This document shows, piece after piece, positions 57,567-64,000 of a DNA stretch of 64,000 nt. The stretch is from the NCBI RefSeq assembly GCF_009914755.1, contig NC_060947.1; one strand, 5' to 3'. A program made the translations under genes and the position numbers. How positions within the stretch are numbered: the stretch's first letter is position 1; each line of letters opens with the position of its first letter. The stretch is from the human T2T-CHM13v2.0 reference genome, Homo sapiens. Under the pieces are notes generated by a model. That model was not told the DNA's origin. It saw only the letters and a program-made list of their open reading frames with translations, and made no database searches.

Positions 57567-58361
<795 letters not shown>

Positions 58362-60009
58362 TCATTGTGTTTACTACGATGGCCCTCCTCTCCCTCTTGA
58401 GCACTTGAGATACATCACTACGAGAGAACTCAAGTTAAAACAATGCTCCTCGGATACACAGCTGTCCTCAGAAACCACCTTCAGGATAAACTCTGTAAAT
58501 ATTGTTGTCAGAATGGTAAAGTGTTCAGATAATTAAAGTTGTCCTCTGACTCCCAGGTCTAGTCTAGAAAAGAAGATTAAAATGAAAGCACCATTGACCC
58601 ACCCGCGAGGCAAAGAGCAGATGCCCCAAAGAGCTTGTGTAAGTAAAGAGGAAAGAAAGGCTTTCGAAGACAAGGCACTACCCAAGGGCGAGAAGTCAAT
58701 CTTGATGTTGCCGTGGAAACGCGGACTTGTGAAGAGCTTTCAAGAACAATTCTGTCTCCAAGGAGGTAAATCGTCCTCCTGGGAATGCGTTGAAACCATT
58801 ATCCACCCACAGGACTGGGCTAAAAGTAAACTTCAGGGTAGCTTGGATGAGCAGCATAGGTTGCTAATGAGCGTCGATTTAATGGTCTGAGTTGTTTATA
58901 CATCAAAAAGAAGTTACCAAGGGTCTACCTGTCTGCTGTTTGGATACACTGGAAACCAGTTAAAACTTAATTCCTAAGAAGCTGTTTCCCACTGTGTTCA
59001 AATTTAAATGCTTCAAGAGTAATGCTTCTGGGCACAAAATGGAAAAAGTGGGGAAAATCCAACGGCATCAAAATCCCCACGCCACCACCCATGCTGCAAG
59101 CACTGTAAGCTGTGATAGTATCTGTCTGCTAAAGGTGCTAAAGAGAAAGCTTGAGGAACTGAGACCGGGCAGGGACCCCTCTTAGGGGCAAACCAGGAAA
59201 CTCTCTCCACCCCCGACCAAGCATGGAAATCAAGAGAAATCTTGAGTTCCTTCCAGGAAGGAAACTCCAGGCACTTCGCTGGCTGGGAGAAGTTAATGAG
59301 CAACTTGATGAAGAAGAAAGTCACAGTAGCTTAAAATAACAACCAAGGAAATTAGAGTCAGGGATGTTCGCTTCCCTAGAGCAACTAATAAAGAAAATGT
59401 GGCACGTAGACACCATGGAATACTATGCAGCCATAAAAAAGGATGAGTTCATGTCCTTTGCAGGGACATGGATGAAGCTGGAAACCATCATTCTCAGGAA
59501 ACTATCACAGGAACAGAAAACCAAACACTGCATGTTTTCACTCATAAGGGGGAGTTGAACAATGAGAACACATGGACACAGGGAGGGGAACATCACACAC
59601 AGGGGTCTTTCGGGGACTGGGGGACTAGGGGAGGGAGAGCATTAGGACAAATACCTAATGTAGATGATGGATGGCAGCAAACTACCATGGCACGTGTATA
59701 CCTAGTAACAAACCTGCATATTCTGCACATGTACCCCAGAAGTTAAAGTATAATTAAAAAAAATAAAAGAAACTCACACCTCTACCCTATGGAATCCTCT
59801 GGCATGAAGACCTCAGACGTGGGAGAGCTAGGGACTGAACTCTGATCCCTGTTCCTTGTTTTAAATTTCTTCCTGAGGGTCCTGGAGGAGGTCCTGCCAA
59901 TGGGCCAGATCCAATGTGCTTTTACTGCTGACCGCAAGTCTTAGACAAAGCTCCACTTCCTTAACCAATTGCAAGTCCAAAAGTCTTTGAATCCACCTTG
60001 TTCCTGTAA

Positions 60010-60262
<253 letters not shown>

Positions 60263-60403
60263 TGAACTACTAGTAGACCTCAGGTGATCTGCCTGCCTCA
60301 GCCTACAAATGTGCTGGGATTACAGGCATGAGCCACCGTACCTGGCCCAAGATATCCCTTTTTAGGCCAAACCAACGTATAGCTTCCATGTATTGATTTA
60401 TGA

Positions 60404-60687
<284 letters not shown>

Positions 60688-60717
60688 TGAGCCACGACGC
60701 CCAGCCGTGATTTATAA

Positions 60718-62313
60718 TTGTTGATGAAAAGAGTCAAACTCTGTAAAATATTTGAAGAGATTTATTCTGAGCGAAATATGAGTGACCACGGCCCGTGACA
60801 CAGCTCTCAGGAGATCCCGAGAACATGTACCCCAGGTGGTCGGGGTGCAGCTTGATTTTATATATTTTAGGAAGGCATGAGACATCAATCAAATACATTT
60901 CAGAAATACATTGGTTTGGTTCAGAAAGGTGGGACAACTCAACCTGGGGGCTGCCAGGCTATAGGTAAGTTTAAATATTTTCTGGTTGACAATTGGTTGA
61001 GTTTATCTGAAGACCTGGAATCAACAGAAAGGAAATGTCCAGGTGGAGATAAAGGATTGTGGGAACCAAGTTTTATTTTGCACAGGAAGCTCTCAGATAG
61101 CAGACTTCAGAGAGAACAGGTTGTAAAATGTTTCTTATCAGACCTAAAAGGGGGCCTGGCTCTTAGTTGATTATGTCCCAGATCTGGGAAGGAACAAAGG
61201 AACAAAGGGAGGGACGGAAGGAAGGAGGGAAGGAGGGAAGGAAGAGAGGGAGGGAAGGAGGGAATGAAGGAGGGAAGGAGGGAATGAAGGAGGGAATGAG
61301 GGAGGGAAGGAGGGAATGAGGGAGGGAAGGAGGGAGGCAGGGAGGGAAGGAGGGAGGCAGGGAGGGAAGGAGGGAGGCAGGGAGGGAAGGAGGGAGGCAG
61401 GGAGGGAAGGAGGGAGGCAGGGAGGGAAGGAGGGAGGCAGGGAGGGAAGGAGGAAGGCAGGGAGGGAAGCAGGGAAGGAGGGAGGGAGGGAGGGAAGGAG
61501 GGAGGGAGGGAGGGAGGGAAAGGAGGGAGGGAGGGAGGGAAGCAGGGAAGGAGGGAGGCAGGGAGGGAAGGAGGAAGGCAGGGAGGGAAGCAGGGAAGGA
61601 GGGAGGGAGGGAGGGAAAGAGGGAAGGAGGGAGGGAGGGAGGGAGGGAAAGGAGGGAGGGAGGGAGGGAAGCAGGGAAGGAGGGAGGGAGGGAGGGAAGG
61701 AGGGAGGGAGGGAGGGAAGGAGGGAAGGAGGGAGGGAGGGAGGGAGGGAAGGAGGGAGGGAGGGAAGGAGGGAGGGAGGGAAAGGAGGGAGGGAGGGAGG
61801 GAGGGAAGGAGGGAGGGAGGGAGGGAAGGGAGAGAGGGAAAGAAGGGAGGGAGGGAAAGAAGGAATGGAGGGAAGGAAGGAAGGGAAAGAAGGGAGGGAA
61901 GGAAGGAAGGGGAGAAGGGAGGAAGGAAGGGGAGAAGGAAGGAAGGAAGGGAGGAAGGAAGGGGAGAAGGAAGGAAGGAAGGGGAGAAGGAAGGGAGGAA
62001 GGAAGGGAGGAAGGGAGGTAAGGGAGGTAAGGGAGGGAGGGAGGAAAGGCTATTCTCTATAGAATGTGGATTTTTCCCACAAGAGACTTCTCAGGGCAAT
62101 TTCAAGGTATGGCAAGGAAATATATTTTGGGGTTAAATACATTGTTTTTCCTTGTCTCATTATGTTATGCCAGAGTCACATTGGAAAGTAAGTTACGATA
62201 TATAGGGTTAAATAAAACCCATCTAATGAGAACTCATGGTTTGTAAAGAATGACTCCCTAGACCCTTTAGATAGGAATTTGGGCAAGATAAAAAAATCAG
62301 AACTTCGTCCTCA
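60718..62313 (-). mobile_element. MER4-family (MER4E-like) ERV1 solo LTR split by a purine-repeat expansion
   Basis: 'tgttgatgaaaagagtcaaactctgtaaaatatttgaagagatttattctgag' and 'gggcaagataaaaaaatcagaacttcgtcctca' are MER4-type ends. Confidence 0.8.
61207..62048. repeat. G-rich (GGGA/GGAA)n tract with 20-bp units (gggagggaaggagggaggca)
   Basis: Direct reading; almost entirely purine. Confidence 0.96.
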
Positions 62314-62462
62314 TGATTTTGCCTGGAGCAGCTTCTGTCCTGAAATTTACCCGACTTGAAACACTATGGCTCGGAAGTCATTGAAAAGATTGGGTCTTAG
62401 GCCAGGTGCGGTGGCTCACGCCTGCAATCTCAGCACCTTGGGATGCCAAAGCGAGGGAATCA

Positions 62463-62708
<246 letters not shown>

Positions 62709-63127
62709 TTAAGCGTGAGCTGCCTGAGTCTCCTGGCTTGGTGCTGTCCAAATAAACACTATCCTTTCTCTTGCTGCAAAGCCTCATTGTGGAGGTTTGA
62801 CCTAAGTGCACCAGGCAAGTGGACACCAGTCCAGTTTGGCAACAAAACAGGCATCAGTAACGTGGGGTACAGGGTGACAAAGGCCTACATCAGCAGCTTT
62901 TTATGAGATGAAAAGATTTCCTATCAGGAGAACATAAACAGACTTAGACTAAGGTGTTGGACTTCTGTTCGTCTGAGGATCCTGTTTCTTGCTGCCTGGT
63001 GAGAAGGTAGTGAGGTCATTTGGGTATACATAGCAGCATTAACAGCTTGAACCTAGCGAATATAGATGCCCATCTGTCTGCAGAACTTGCCTCCCTCTGC
63101 CCTCAAATGAGCTGCTTAAGGAGCCAT

Positions 63128-64000
<873 letters not shown>

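Noticed and set aside
61316-62062. 248-aa RGG-like ORF
   Set aside because: Translation of a purine repeat inside an LTR

Overview
Human (or very close great-ape) genomic DNA from inside the DHRSX gene (dehydrogenase/reductase SDR family, pseudoautosomal region PAR1 of X/Y), transcribed on the minus strand. Only two coding exons are present: exon 4 (38774-38875, 102 nt) and exon 5 (17907-18114, 208 nt), both with canonical AG/GT splice sites and splicing in frame. Everything else is intronic: about 50 Alu copies or fragments, MaLR/ERV1/ERVL solo LTRs (MER41, LTR10, LTR12, MLT1, MLT2A, MST, MER4-group), L1 3' fragments, a MER1A DNA transposon, and many tandem repeats. The long ORFs in the ORF track are artefacts of Alus and tandem repeats. 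I found no new protein-coding or CRISPR-like system. The most notable signals are a 2.6-kb hairpin-forming 40-bp VNTR about 80 nt from the exon 5 donor, minisatellites born inside transposons (one creating a YY1-motif array), an antisense LTR12 promoter with a CCAAT array, and several footprints of templated-insertion or local-duplication repair. Repeat family names come from my recall of consensus sequences, not a database search, and repeat boundaries are approximate.
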